A stretch of 63,345 nucleotides of DNA, filler included, from Collodictyon triciliatum (Eukaryota): the NCBI GenBank assembly GCA_043381765.1. It is 11 parts of 11 records of this genome, joined end to end, with 100 filler letters (N's around TTAATTAATTAA, not from the genome) between each part and the next. Parts side by side here need not be neighbours in the genome. Positions count along the whole stretch, not along the records: positions 18,747 to 24,894 come from JBHJMP010004676.1; positions 24,995 to 31,140 come from JBHJMP010004677.1; positions 31,241 to 37,386 come from JBHJMP010004678.1; 8 more parts are not named here. One strand, given 5' to 3'. The notes under the pieces were generated by a model. That model saw nothing but the letters and a program-made list of their open reading frames with translations. It was not told the DNA's origin and ran no database searches. A program made the position numbers and the translations under genes. This document shows positions 23,338 through 37,234 of the stretch, in pieces (position 1 is the stretch's first letter; every line of letters starts with the position of its first letter).

Positions 23338-24758
23338 CCTCTTATTTGTTGCTAATGGACATTAATTGACCATCTAGACTACGAACGAACGCATTTACAC
23401 GATTCTTACAATGGTGATAGGAGTCACAATATTTACATTCGTCGTTGGAAGCATGTCAGCATTTATCCAGCAAAGAGACCACTCCGCAAAGGCGAAAAAA
23501 GAAAAGATGGACCAGGTTGAATGACTCGCTAATTGACTGTCTTTTAAAAATATTATAAAAAAGAAACTTAATAAAGACTGCAGAATTAATAATATTGTTT
23601 GTATTTTTCAAAAATAAAAAAGAGGAAAAGGACTTCAATTTTATGAGATAAACATATTTCTGAAATTCTTTGATTAGGTAAACCAATGGCTTAAATATCG
23701 GGAGCTACCCACGGATATTCAATTAAGAGTTCAAGAATATTATAATACAATGTGGTAAATATCCCCTTATATCGTAGTATTTATACATGCTTCCCAATTA
23801 TTTTCCCCCTTGTCAAGATCGTTCAGTCTATTTGAACTATGAAGCACCCTGAAATACAAACACTTGCTCCATTAGGTCACAAAAATCAAGCTTCTTTGAC
23901 GAATCTACGCTACTAAAAGAGCTTCCAGTAAATCTTGCTCAGATACTTGAATGGCTTCCTCGACGATACAATAACCCTAACCCCAATAATACTACTAATA
24001 AACTATGAACATGATCAATTAGCAATTAGCAATTAGCATCTTTATGAAAAAAAATAATCATCACAATCGTATTGTCATTTCATATTCTAATATTACGTCT
24101 GCGCTCAGGTGGCCCTGAGGACGTCGATAACTTTTTGGCTTAACGAGCAGATTCTCCGAAATATACCCCTCTTTCAAAATTTGGATGACATGGCTATCAC
24201 CCATCTCATCACAAAGATGCAACCATTCAGCTGTAACCAAGGGGATTACCTGGTACGAGATGGGCAGGTAATACCAATATATGATAAAAGCGAATATGAT
24301 TTTTTTTAAAAAAAAAATTCACATTACTAACTTTACACAACGCGCGTATTTTTTAGGAGGGAAATGCGATGTATATCATAAGTCGAGGAGAAGTCGATGT
24401 CACGTCAGGTGATAGTAGAAAGCTTTACAGAACACTGGGTAGTGGGGATTATTTTGGAGAGGTTTCTCAACACTTAGATACCTTAATTCACAGAAACCCA
24501 TATTTTACCATGTCAGTCTATATTTGAGTAAATCATTCGAGGTCTGACATGATACCTCCTCATACATAAGATTGCCCTGATTAATCGGAGTGGAAGAAGA
24601 ACCGCCAGCGCACAAGCAAAGTCATATTGCGAGATGTTTGTCTTATCCAGGATAGAATTTGATCACATGTTCCACTCAAACATCGACCTCCGGAGAACAA
24701 TTAGGACATATTGCAAAGTTGTAGAGTTGAGATTCGCACCAACCAACACAGGCCCAAA
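21545..24758 (+). CDS. Voltage-gated, cyclic-nucleotide-binding-domain K+ channel (EAG/HCN/CNGK-like), 3' truncated
   Basis: S1-S6 with WD..M....LYNA, YLTTWFFVDFFSAIPYD, an Arg-rich S4 and the pore motif TTITTVGYGD. C-linker and CNBD exons give GDYFGE, IALI and RRTASAQAKSYCEMFVL. Confidence 0.92.
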
Positions 24759-24796
24759 GTATGCTCAAAGAACATAATCCTTTATTTTTATAATCC

Positions 24797-24797
<1 letters not shown>

Positions 24798-24894
<97 letters not shown>
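24798..24894. repeat. (TTA)n microsatellite
   Basis: Direct inspection. Confidence 0.95.
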
Positions 24895-25090
24895 NNNNNN
24901 NNNNNNNNNNNNNNNNNNNNNNNNNNNNNNNNNNNNNNTTAATTAATTAANNNNNNNNNNNNNNNNNNNNNNNNNNNNNNNNNNNNNNNNNNNNAAAAAA
25001 AAGAGAAAAAAAGAGAGTAAAAAAAAGAGTAAAAAAGAGAGTAAAAAAGAGAGTAAAAAAGAGAGTAAAAAAAAAAAAAAGAGTTCTCAC

Positions 25091-28000
25091 CATCACGGCC
25101 TCCAAGCCACATCCCCAAATCACGCAAGCCTGGAATCATCATCAACACGGATGCCCCGAGACTGTCTACCTCAAACTTTGGGAATCGCGTTCTCCAAGCG
25201 GACGTCAGCAGACCCCAAATACATGTGTAGGGATATATCCCATGCGGATGCATCCCAAACATATACGCCTTGCCAACCTTCAGCCACAGACAGAGGCGCA
25301 TCAGCCATCAGCCAAGTAAGATAAAAAGAAACCGTAATAACAATAATATATATATGCGACTCGACTTTGAAATAGAAGCAGAGAGAAAAGAGGACGAGAA
25401 TCACATATTTGAGACATACGAGCACCTGTTCGCCTTCTTTTGCAATCTGAAAGTCTGATGCTTCGGCTCCAACAATCCTGAACTGAAAATACCGCTGGAA
25501 ACAATCAAACAGCCACACGGTGTTTCGGAGGCCGTGCCATTTGCGGGCTCCAGTTCGGTGAGACCCATCGTAGGTGAATGCGTAGGGGACCGCAAGAATG
25601 AGGATGAAGATGAGACCGTATCCCTGTGGGCATCCGCATGAATAACAATGAACTTAACATGATTTGGTGTGATTTGCCTGACAAAGGCTCTTAACTTAAA
25701 ATATTGACAAATATCCCTTCTGATTCGTTTTATTCAATCACTATTACTAATTTTAATTTATTTATTTTTAATAAATCATATTACCTGAAAAAACAAAAGG
25801 GTAAATGAGAATATTGCAAACACGAAAAGATGCCAAGTATACAGTGTAGTGACAACCACAAATGAGCGAAAATCAAGGAATATCTCCAGCCAGAAAGTCA
25901 AACTCGCGACTGTGCGCATTACCCCAAAAAGATCTTCGAGTACATTGGTCGGTTTTTCCTGCGATGGTTCAATTATGATTCAGCATTATTCGTACTACAG
26001 TCCAATTATTGCTGATTTTTCTCTATCTTTCTCTCTGTGTTTTTATGTGTATTCACCTGAAGCCCTTTGATTTCCTTGACCTCGGCAATCTTGGATTCAA
26101 AGTATGGCAGCGACCAAAAAACGAGCACTTGTGCAGCAACAGCGCCTGATGAAGTAATATATAAATTATGCATGCATTTTCTCCTTAAACCATATGATGT
26201 CAAAAGGATGAAAACTTGCTCATTGCTATTCTGTTCAATTACCTGTTCCTGTCAATGTCATCAGGCCTTGACCTGGATTCACATTCTTTGCCGTGTAGTA
26301 AATCGATACGAGACAAAGAATCATCGTCAAAGTGTATGCAATCCACGCAAAAGCCTAAAATAGGTATTATAAGGCATTTGATCTTTGTGTTAATTTTTTT
26401 TTTTTTAAAAAAAATCATAATCAAACATGGATATGATAATATGAGCTCAGTAAATGGAGGAATGTTAAATATAATCATATGAGAATATCCAGAATAGTCG
26501 AAAGGAAATGTACTTGAATGATGACGAATTTGAAGCCTCCAACAAATGGCTGGAAAAAGGAGAAGCGGTCTGAGTACTTTGAGCGCCCGCCAATAAAATG
26601 ACTGAGTGGGGCTGCGATGCATGTCGCAACAGATCCAATCAAGACTGCAGGGAATACCTGGGCGATAGAATAAATTTAACCTTTTAAAGTAAATCTGATT
26701 TAAATAATCGGAACGCTGTTTTTCCTCTGGAAGACGGGTGGTAGATAATCAGTTCTCTAAGGAGCTGGCACAAAAACAAAAACAAAAACAAAAACAAAAA
26801 CAAAAACAAAAACAAAAACAAAAACAAAAACAAAAACAAAAACAAAAACAAAAACAAAAACAAAAACAAAAACAAATAAACAAAAAAAACAGAGTTTCAA
26901 GGAGGATGCAATATGTTCTGATAACTCAACGAACCGGAATGGCAGCTCCATGTGCATTCAACTGTGAGTCAACAACAAGAAAGAGAAGGAGTGAAAAAAG
27001 CGCCAGCAAGAGAGATACAAACTCAGCCCCATTTTGGACGAGAATTGATTCCTTTGGACTACAACCGCATAATATTTCATAGTTTAGTTTCATATTTTCT
27101 CTTTTCAAATGCCATCATTTACCATTCATGATATTGTATACATTACAACGTATTTTCTCCATCATTTTCTTTTTGAAAAACCTTTCAGTCGGGTCGAAAA
27201 AAGGAATCGATGCAATGAGCACCAGAAGCGAACCGAACCCCATGATGCCTATAGCAGAAATGAGACCGTCTTGGGCCACATTGTCAAGGCCAAAGTAGAG
27301 GCAGATGCAAACAAGATTAAGCGTCACTGCGTAAACAGCCCACCCGATGGACTGCAGTACAATGAATTTCCATCCGCCAATAAATGGCTGAAAGAGGACA
27401 TATTTTTTATGCCTGAAATATTTCCATTCTTTAAATTAGTCTAATTATGAAAAAGCCAAAAAAAATAAACAAGTAATTAGTTAAACTCAAAAATAATCTA
27501 CAATAAAATAAAATGGAACCCATCTACAATAGATTGGAGCCTTACAAGGCACGTGTAATCTACACTTTCAACCAAGTATCAAATAAAATCCTTGACAACT
27601 CACCAATGACGCCCGAGGACACAGTGTATTATTGGACCAGCTGCAAAAAGAATTACCACACCAACAGTCATGAGCGTGGTTGCTGTGCTTGGACTTGTGA
27701 TGCGAATATAGTCTGCGACGCTTACAAAGCCCATATACCCCACGGAGAGGATGATGCTGATGAAAAGCTCCCCAACGTTCTAAAGGTAATTACATTCTTA
27801 GCGTATACGAAACAAGGCAAAAGTACTTGAAAACGAAAGGAAAGTAAGAAACACAAGACTATAGATAAAAATAATTAAATAGTCCAGTGCGTAAATGAAT
27901 AGTTAAATACGGGAATAGGCTAGCAAACGAAGGAATAAAGCACCAATCAAATTATTCCGAACCCTGTAATTAATGCCAGCGCTAATTGGAGCTGGGACAG

Positions 28001-30750
28001 TCTCGTCGGGCTCCTCGTAGAAACGAATAGACATCATCAAAAAAATGTTTGAAATGAGGCCAAGGACACCAACTGCAGAAGCAACGCCACCAAAATGCAG
28101 CAAATCGGTGGAACTAAAGAGCAAATGGAAATGTACAACCACAACAGATCCGTATAGAAGCCAGCCAATCATCTGAAGGAAAACAAACTTCGCACCCCCC
28201 AAGAACGGTTGCCAAATGGAATATGATGCATGAATTTTTTTTGCACCGAATACGTGGGCTATCGGCGCACTAAAGATAAAAGCTACAGAACATGCAGCTA
28301 TGATTGGATAGAGACTGACAGAGCCTGGACGGAAGTATTTTACAAAGTCTTGGATGAATTGGAACAATAAGTCCATGAAAAAAAATCCAGAGAAAGATGC
28401 CACAGAAAGAACAAGACTGACCAATGTTTCTCCATTCCACCCCCATATAATATCGACATCATCATAGTCATCATCTGATGCAGAAGACAGCCCAGACGAA
28501 ACACGAATACCAAGATTACGAAGGAGTGTGTTTCTGCGATTCGGCTTCCGGGTTTGCGGGTCGTACTGGCGCATAGACGTGGAGATGAGAAAGTGCCCGA
28601 ATATTCCCGTGAATCCAACAGCAATCAGGAGTCCGTCGATTGTTTGGGGTACAAGTGCATATGAGCAACAGATGATCGATAACAGGACTGATGTTGAATA
28701 GAAAAACCATCCACTCATCTGCAGCAGGATAAAAAGGAAGCCACCTTGGAAAGGCTTCCACAACTTCAGTCTACACGTAATAACAATGATCTTGATTTCT
28801 TTTTTTTAAGAAAAAAGGGGGCTGTATATTTTATTCATATTTTCAAAGGCCTGTAAAAGGTTTCTTTTGTAGATAAAATTATCAAGAATACAAATGAATC
28901 AGAAAATTCATGTGAAATTACTTTTTCCTTGTTGTTTCAATCACATAAACAAACGGAGTGGATAACAGATTCCCAGCTGCTCCAAAGTACATAAACAGAG
29001 CCCAGTGGGACTGTGGTGTATGTTTGTATATTTCGGCGCAAATAAACCACAGGAAAGACGAGACTGATATCAAAATGCCCACCATAATTTCTGTACTAGA
29101 AAGCCAAGATGGTTGCTAATGAATTCAAATAAGTAGCTGGGTTAACTATTATTGCAGATATTGCAAGAAGATGATTGATTATGGGGCTGATCATTTGAAA
29201 AGGAATCACTATCGAGGTAGAGTGAGACACCGAGTCTTATTCTTTGGCTAATGAAAATTATTTTGTCTCACCACTTCTTTCTCTCCTTTTTTACCAACGG
29301 TGGATGCATTTGGTTTGTAGAATTTAAGCGATGCAAATATCAGTCCCTATTTATTTGATTGGGAAACATATATTCGGTTATTATTCTTGTGTAGTGCGAA
29401 GTCGTGGAATTGAAAATAGTTCATTTTTAATAAGAAAAAAATGGAGAAAGTAAAGAATGTTACCTGAGATATAAAGCCGAAAAACCCTATAGAGGTGTAC
29501 AAACCAGCGTAAACCGAGAATTCGTCTCTGTTCGTTGTGATTAGAATAGACATCATCACACAAACAGAGTAGAAAGTCCAGCCCAGAGCCTGAAGAAGAA
29601 CAAATTGCCGACCACCCATGAACGGCATAAACCTGGTTAAGTTAAAATCACGAAATGGAATCAATAACATAAAAAAAAAAAACACAACTGAAATTAAATG
29701 CCTGACTAAAATTGACTTGTAAAGGTCTAGGAGATGATGAGTAAACATGTACATACAGTTTGAATGATTGTGAGTAGAGCTTCAATCCTCCCAAGTAATG
29801 TGTTATAGGTGTTGCAACAATTAAAGTGACGGTAGCCACAACAGGCACGTGTCTCGTCATAACATATGACTCAAGCAGATCAGAAACGGCAAATAGAACA
29901 AATGAGCTAATGGCCAGAGCCAATCTAATGGGACATTAGGTATATTTGTGCGCAATTTTTCTCCCTGTCAGCTAATATATATTATGTCTCAAATGATTAT
30001 TCAATTTAGTTGAGGCGCTATCAAGAATGGAAATTAAGTCACAAAGAAACTTACCCTACTAGGGTTTCTCTCATCTGCTTCAAATCAAAAGAAAAACTCA
30101 GCTGTCGTGTCCCACGCATCATTACGATGCTTTCGACATAGGGGACAAAATACCCAACAGATAAAGTCAAGAGGAAATGAGATGCCATGGTAAGACAGCC
30201 AAGAGCCAAGGCAACACTGTAGACGAGTAAAACAAAAGTATCCGTCATAACTCCATATGAATAAACGAAACTTTAAATGTTGCTCAAAAAAAAAAAAACA
30301 GAGTAATCGAACATATAGAAGAATTTGTAAGAATGAACCAACGAATATGATTTATGAAATGGTGGTAATACTTTTCTGCCCACAGCTCCATGGGTGTGGT
30401 GGAGAGCATGATTGCAGCGAATAAGGCGTGTCCATACAGTGTCCATCCAAGCACCTGAAGAAAAATAAACATTGCACCTCCCTGAAAGGGCTGCCACAAC
30501 CGAAACGACGGATGCAGTTGGTAGCCTACGATATGACTCAGCGGGGGCGCTATTACCTTGGATGGTTGATTATGCAAAGTGGTGTTTCAGATACTGCGAA
30601 TCCATCTGCAATCGAGGCAGGATATAAAAAACGACATGAATATAACCCCGATGAAGAGCAGCAGAAGAGAGTGAGATCAAGTTTGAAAAAGAATACATAA
30701 AAAAGGAATACGGGAGGAAAGGTATTGACTAATAAGTTAGAGAGAGAGAG

Positions 30751-30837
<87 letters not shown>

Positions 30838-31140
30838 AAAGAAAAGAAAAGAAAAGAAAAGAAAAGAAAAGAAAAGAAAAGAAAAGAAAAGAAAAGAAAA
30901 GAAAACTACTTACAGAGGCCACGATGGCAACAACGAGAAATGGGACGGTGGGGAAATCTTCATGGCTGCGATGGCGATGGACCTCGACAAGAAACGAAAG
31001 CAGCAGCGAGGAGACTGCCAAGGAAAAGGACACGAAAAAGTCTCCGCGCAAAAGAATCTCCCCGAAGCCGATTTTCACTGCTGGCGGGTGGACGATGCGA
31101 TTGCGTAACTTTTGCGCGTCGGACAGGACATCGGCCTTCT
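25091..31140 (-). CDS. DGAT2/MGAT-family acyltransferase with a large repeated N-terminal membrane region, partial at both ends
   Basis: C-terminal exons give FDCFQRYFQFRIV and YMFGMHPHGIYP...LGASVLMMIPGLRDLGMWLGG (the HPHG motif). Upstream exons carry six copies of (W/F)xPFxGG..F..LQ..GW. Confidence 0.8.
26770..26876. repeat. Intronic (CAAAAA)n
   Basis: Direct inspection. Confidence 0.95.
30739..30905. repeat. Intronic (AG)n/(AAAG)n/(AAAAG)n
   Basis: Direct inspection. Confidence 0.95.
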
Positions 31141-31240
31141 NNNNNNNNNNNNNNNNNNNNNNNNNNNNNNNNNNNNNNNNNNNNTTAATTAATTAANNNN
31201 NNNNNNNNNNNNNNNNNNNNNNNNNNNNNNNNNNNNNNNN

Positions 31241-31338
31241 CAGACACAGACACAGACACAGACACAGACACAGACACAGACACAGACACAGACACAGACA
31301 CAGACACAGACACAGACACAGACACAGACACAGACACA
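31241..31338. repeat. (CAGACA)n
   Basis: Direct inspection. Confidence 0.95.
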
Positions 31339-31409
31339 AACGCAGACAAACGAACCAAATAGAATTTAAATATGACGCATGTGAAAAAGAAATACCGAAT
31401 GATTCACTT

Positions 31410-33054
31410 ACCCTACACTTCCGAATTCAATGTCATCAAAGTCACGATTGAATGCCTCCAACAAAGATGCCTCCTTTTTTGTTTTCCCACCCTAGAATAT
31501 TCACAATATTTTTAACGTGAAGGTCACCCCTGTCACATTTCAATCAGACAAAGTAAAATATATATATATAAAGTCTCATCGTTTAATAGACTATGAGCCC
31601 TGTCCCATATGTTCCGATGGATTTGTTAAAAGCAGCATATATAAAATATTGAAAGCATCTATCAGACTGGCTTCTTACAGTGGGCTTTGTTGATTTCTCC
31701 TTTCCAGCAGCCTTAAACATCTCCTGCAGAGTTTCATCCTCGAAATCGGTTTGTTTGAGCAAGGCAGCCTTAGCCTTCTGGAGTTTCTTGACTTCTTCCT
31801 CCTCCTGCTGTTCATCTGCAAATGAATATGTATGATTTACTTATCATTCACATACAGGACGTCTACAATATCATTTCTCGTATATGTGAGTACAATATCA
31901 GAGAATTGGTGAAATATAATGAAGGTATAGAGACACAGACAATAAAAAAAAACTGCACTATACTAAGTTCCGTAACTTCGACGGTTATTAAAGAGCTCCT
32001 CAAATCGAAATTATAAATAACCTTCATCCTTTGCCTCTTCATCCACTTCAAAATCATCCCGTTCGCGGTCTTCTCCGTAAAAGGCAGATTTGGATTTACC
32101 CCAAGAGCTTAAATTACCCGATTGTTCTTCACCAGCATCTTCATCTTCATCACTGTCCCCATCCTTGCGTCCAAGTTTGGTCTTTAAGTATTTAAGCTTT
32201 TCTATTTCAATTTTTTTTAACCCAGAGTTAGTCTCCTATTTCCGTCGTGGTTGCTGAAGAATCAAAGTAAGGTATCGACAAGGGTATCTCACTGAAATAA
32301 GGGTCATCTTCGAATTCGTCATCGTATGCATCGTCCTCATCTTCCATATCTTCATCATCTTCCTCGTCTTCCTCGTCTTCCTCGTCATCAGGGTTCACTC
32401 CAAGAACTGGGTCAAAGTATTCTTCGAAAGGGTCACCCTCTAATCGGAATGGTGCAGTCTGGTTTCAGCAGAGAATGGCCCATATAAACCAAAGAGGTAG
32501 TCTATTACATGAATAAAAGAGAAAAAAAGCATATCGTTATGCATGTGTGTGCATCACCTTCTTCATCTTCGCTTCCGTCCTCGAAACCGAATTTCTTTTT
32601 TGTTGCAGAACTTCCTTTGGAGCTGCGAGACTGCCCAGTGCGACTTCTGGCGACTGAAAAAAATTGTCGAGTGGGATAATTGATAATGATTTATTTTATT
32701 TACTTTTTTAAAATAAAAACAAAACAAAGTAAAATAAAACAACTATTTTGCAAGTGGAACACTGATGAGTTAAAAAAAAAAAAAAAGAGTATGTGACTGT
32801 TATACTGCTGTAAGAGAGGTACAAAAGCCAGTGTTTCAGAAGAATCTCGAAGGCCTCGCAAGATCATGCGTACGCTATCATTATATTGTGTTTTCTTGCT
32901 TTGTGCGACAAACGAATGGTGAAACGAACAGCTTACAAGTGTCCATCTGATCGTATTTGATGTCGTCGTCGATTTCGTCGTCATTCTCAAAGCTGGGAAT
33001 CGAAGCTCTCTGCAGGGCTGAAGACTTTGAACTACTGTTGCGAGGCTTCGGCAT
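31410..33054 (-). CDS. UTP3: Sas10/Utp3 small-subunit processome protein, N-terminal part
   Basis: Acidic N-terminus, then SSWGKSKSAFYGED...EEEEVKKLQKAKAALL, typical of the Sas10 N-terminal region. Confidence 0.65.
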
Positions 33055-33695
33055 TTTTGACGTCTATCTTGTTTTTGTTTTTTCCCTTTCTGTTGCTCAC
33101 GGGCTTAGCCCACCTCCTTCGTCTTCTCTGCGCTGCTTTAAAGAAAAAGAAAAGAAAAGAAAAGAAAGTCAGTGTTTCTGCTGACAATTGAGAAGATCCC
33201 TTGGCACCTTGGTTTCTTCTGCAAGAGACACGCCTGTGATTCGATCGCACGAGAAGTCGGCGCCTCTGCTTCGGCCTGGCGACTCGCTCTGTTTTCTAAG
33301 TGTGACAAAGAATGCTGCTTTGGAAAGGTTTTTTTTTTGTTAGATTTGCTTTGTGGTTATATGCGTGTTCATACCTTTTATAAAATTCTTGATAGGAAAA
33401 AGATCTAGATCAAAACTTACCCGAATAACTGGTTTCATCGTGCCAAAAATATATTCCAGTTTTAATTGTGTTCGTTAGTGAAGGGAGGTAATCGCATACG
33501 AATTCACAAAATGTGCTTCTTGCATCTCAAATCGTTTGTTTCACACCAGGAAAAGCCACTCCGGAAATAAAGTCAACCAAGATTGGAAACCAGTCCCAAA
33601 CAGAAAACAGAACAGGCCATCGTCCAAAGAGCAGCAATGATGTCAAGAACTAAAGCCACCGAAAGAAAAGCAGACTTCCTGGAAATCAAGCGCGA

Positions 33696-36600
33696 ATGGC
33701 CACGATCGACCCGTCCGAGACCACCGATATTCTCGAGAACATCTCTGAAGTGCCCGGAGTCAAGTTTGTTGTTGTGTCTTGTTTCTGTCTCTTTTATCTT
33801 TCCTTCTTTTTTTTATGTTGTTGCTTGATGTCGCTCTACAAGTCAGTCGAACAAAAGTACACGCCCAGTTTGGCTCGGTCACAAAATCCCTGCGTGTCAA
33901 CAAGCGATCGACAGACGAATAGCAACAACGTGACTAGTTTTCTTTTCTTTTTCTTTTTTCTTTTTTCTTTTTTCTTTTTTCTTTTTTCTTTTTTCTTTTT
34001 TCTTTTTTCTTTTTTCTTTTTTCTTTTTCTTTTTCTTTTTTCTTTTTTCTTTTTTCTTTTTTCTTTTTTCTTTTTTCTTTTTTCTTTTTTCTTTTTTCTT
34101 TTTTCTTTTTCTTTTTCTTTTTCTTTTTCTTTTTCTTTTTCTTTTTCTTTTTCTTTTTCTTTTTCTTTTTCGAACAGCTCGTCGACTCCGCTTACAGATG
34201 GACTTCTTGGGCAAATATCTGCACTCGATGACCCACAAATCCATCTCGACATGGTGAAAGGCCCACAAGAGGCCGTCGAAGAAGAAGGTTGCCTTAATTG
34301 GTTTTGTATAGAGGCGACCAAAACTTAAGTGCAAAACGACTTCATCTTCTTGTAGAGATTGAAAAGGTTGTCCATCGCATGAGCCGAACTGGACTTCCAG
34401 AGGATGACAGCGCTGTTGCAGAAGCAGACAAGAGCGAAACAGCCCATTCTAGTTCGGGACCGATGCAATTGTCTGGCAGGAAATACGGAGACGAGGGTTT
34501 ATTATTGTTTACTATTATCGTTATCGTTATCGTTATCGTTATCGTTATCACTTTATTTCTGAATTACAACATGATTGAGTGGTCTACAAGCTATCTGTTT
34601 TTGTTTTTTTAAAAAAAAATATAGATAACTCAAATCCTAATTGGAGGAAGCACAGGAAACACTTTTTTATTCTTAATAGCTCGGGGAAGCCTATTTATTC
34701 CAGGTTAGTCATTTTACCTTTGAGTTAAACACGTAGCAAAAAGTCGTTTGTTTGCAGAGGAGAATGGTTTAAGTTATTGAAACCAAAAAAAATTATTTAT
34801 TTTCCCACCATTGGTGTTTTTCATAACTTATTCTCACCCTACAAGGTGGTGAAGTAAACATCGAAGTGTTTGAGATTCTCATCAACAAATCACATGCATG
34901 CAGATACGGAGACGAGATGAAGCTATCCGATTTCATGGGCGTTCTCCAGGCGATGATTTCGTTTGTTCACACAGCAGGAGATAATCTACAGTAACGCCCT
35001 AACTATATTTTCTTGTTTTTGTTTTGTTTTGTTTTTTTTTGTATGCGAGATCATTCGGTAAAAGATATTTCATATTTTGCGCCCAGCCTGCTCACTATTT
35101 AATTTTATTTCTTTTATTTATCTGATGATTGAAATTCATTGCAGACAGATTAACGCCGGAGACTACACATTCGTTTTCTATACGTGTGAATCGATCTACA
35201 TGGTTGTTGCATCATGCACTGGAGAGTCACCTATGATGCTCCAGAAGCAACTTAATCTATTGTATCATCAAATTGTCAGCATCCTTACATCGGCTTTTCA
35301 CAAGATATTGCAAAAGAAAAAGACTTACGATCTGAGGAACTTGTTAGGAGGTCAGTGCGTGCTTCAATTCCAATCGGATGCAACCGAGTTGTTATCTATT
35401 TACTAAATCGAGGAAACGTTTTCTTGCAGGGGCGGAAAAAATATTTGATCGGCTTTGCCACAGTTTCGGTCACAACTTTCCATCTCTTATCGGCGCTGTA
35501 CATTGCATGAGAATCCCATCCCAAATTCGAAATCAAATAGGACAATTGATGCTGAATGCCGCAAAAACACATGACATCTTGTAATTTTCCATTTGCAGAT
35601 TCTTTGTCATTGTTGTCTATAATCTTATTTCAAATAATTACCAAGGATGCATTAAAATGAATCCCTTGTTGGTGTGGAAGTCATTGTAATTTAATATTGT
35701 GCCATTATTACAGTTTTGCGATCATGATGGTAGATGACAAACTCATTACTCTTGTTCGCAATCGGAAATACACACTTCATCCGAATGGTATGATGTTCTT
35801 TCCCCTTTCATTTGTGTTTGACTGATCGAATAACATTCTACTGAAAAGTGTGACCTAGAATTAGGCTTTTGCAGCAGTCTTAATGAAATTATTCTTATTT
35901 TCACCGTTTTCTTCTTTCATTTTTTTTTAGATATGGCACTTATTTTCAATACTGTGAATGCATCTGCCACTTTCCGTCAATCAGAATCCTGGTTTCCTAT
36001 TTGCTTGCCGAAGTTTACGGACAAAGTGAGTATACTATCTGGGGCAAATGAAATCCACCAACCAAATTTTTTATACATAGGAAACAGAACCTCATTTCAA
36101 TCACGTCCATCAAGAAAGGAGAAAAACTTTTATTATTGAAACTAGGGGTACATGTATGGCTATACAGATTACCTTGACCAGGACATATGTCTGCTTCTGC
36201 TAACGCCGACCCAGGAACATTTCTATCCTTGCCACCAAGCCAGGAACATGATTGTAGAGGTGCTGTCGAGTAGTATCAACCCGAAACACTACATATATAT
36301 TTTTGTTTTTATTTTGTCAACACAGTTGAAGTTTCCGTGGCACATTTAATTTACTCGAACGGTGAAATGATGAAATGCATTGATTGCATTTTAAAAAAAA
36401 AAAATGTTATTATTTGTGTTGCGAGAATACACTTCTTAAACCAAAGCATTTTTTTTTGTCTTCTGATTTTTATTGGAACCAAATAAAAGGGAATCCAATC
36501 TGCGGGACTTCTCTCGTCACTTAAAACAGCCATTTCAAGATCAAAATATTCTTCAGGTTATCCTATATTCAAAGATTCATTCGCATTGAACGAAACCATT

Positions 36601-37234
36601 TCTTTTATTCTTTTTTTTTTCATGACGTTTGAAACCTGATTATTACGATATACTCATCCAAAGCTGAGGCTGCTGTTCCTGAATTGAGCCACTTTATGTA
36701 CACAAACAAAGTCACATATCAATTCACGTCTCCACTATTTGATGCACCTTACCACACAAAGAAGGAGGAGAAACGGTGCGATGTTCACTACTCATACCAC
36801 AGAGGAAATATAATTCATTCGTTCATTTTATATTCCCAGTATAACCCCCTACTCCTTCTTTCGTGATTGCACGGTTCAATTTCTCATTTATAAATGGGAA
36901 TGCTACATCGCTCAAATCGTTACATTTGCCTTATCTCTGCTGCAATCTTTCACATTTGCTTAGGCTTTACCGCATGTATCAGCAAATCTACTCACGAGTC
37001 CACGAGAAAGACGCATCCCGACAAGAAAAGGACGCGGCACCGCACAAGATATACTACTACGTCGGGCAGTACGAGACCATGCTTGCCTGGGCTGACTCGG
37101 GCTTTGAACTCTACGCAACATTCGGGCCTCTCGTCACCAAGCGCGTGGCTGTCAACTCGATTGCGAGACTTCTTCGCTGGATAAAGAAGGAGGAGGATTC
37201 TCTTTTTATCCTGAACCCGCCTGTCATACGCTAG
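33696..37234 (+). CDS. MON1: Vacuolar fusion protein Mon1 (Rab7 GEF subunit); start approximate
   Basis: [74 protein letters not shown]-type motif (here TFRQ), [10 protein letters not shown] and [14 protein letters not shown]. Confidence 0.93.
33938..34171. repeat. Intronic (TTTTTTC)n/(TTTTTC)n
   Basis: Direct inspection. Confidence 0.95.

Noticed and set aside
23971-23985. Telomere-like TAACCCTAACCC
   Set aside because: Only two units, inside an intron; expected by chance.
30725-34334. Poly-K/E/R/F ORFs (also at 12443-12957, 20858-21809, 26684-27082, 46263-46448, 49914-50117)
   Set aside because: They are translations of microsatellites or N runs.
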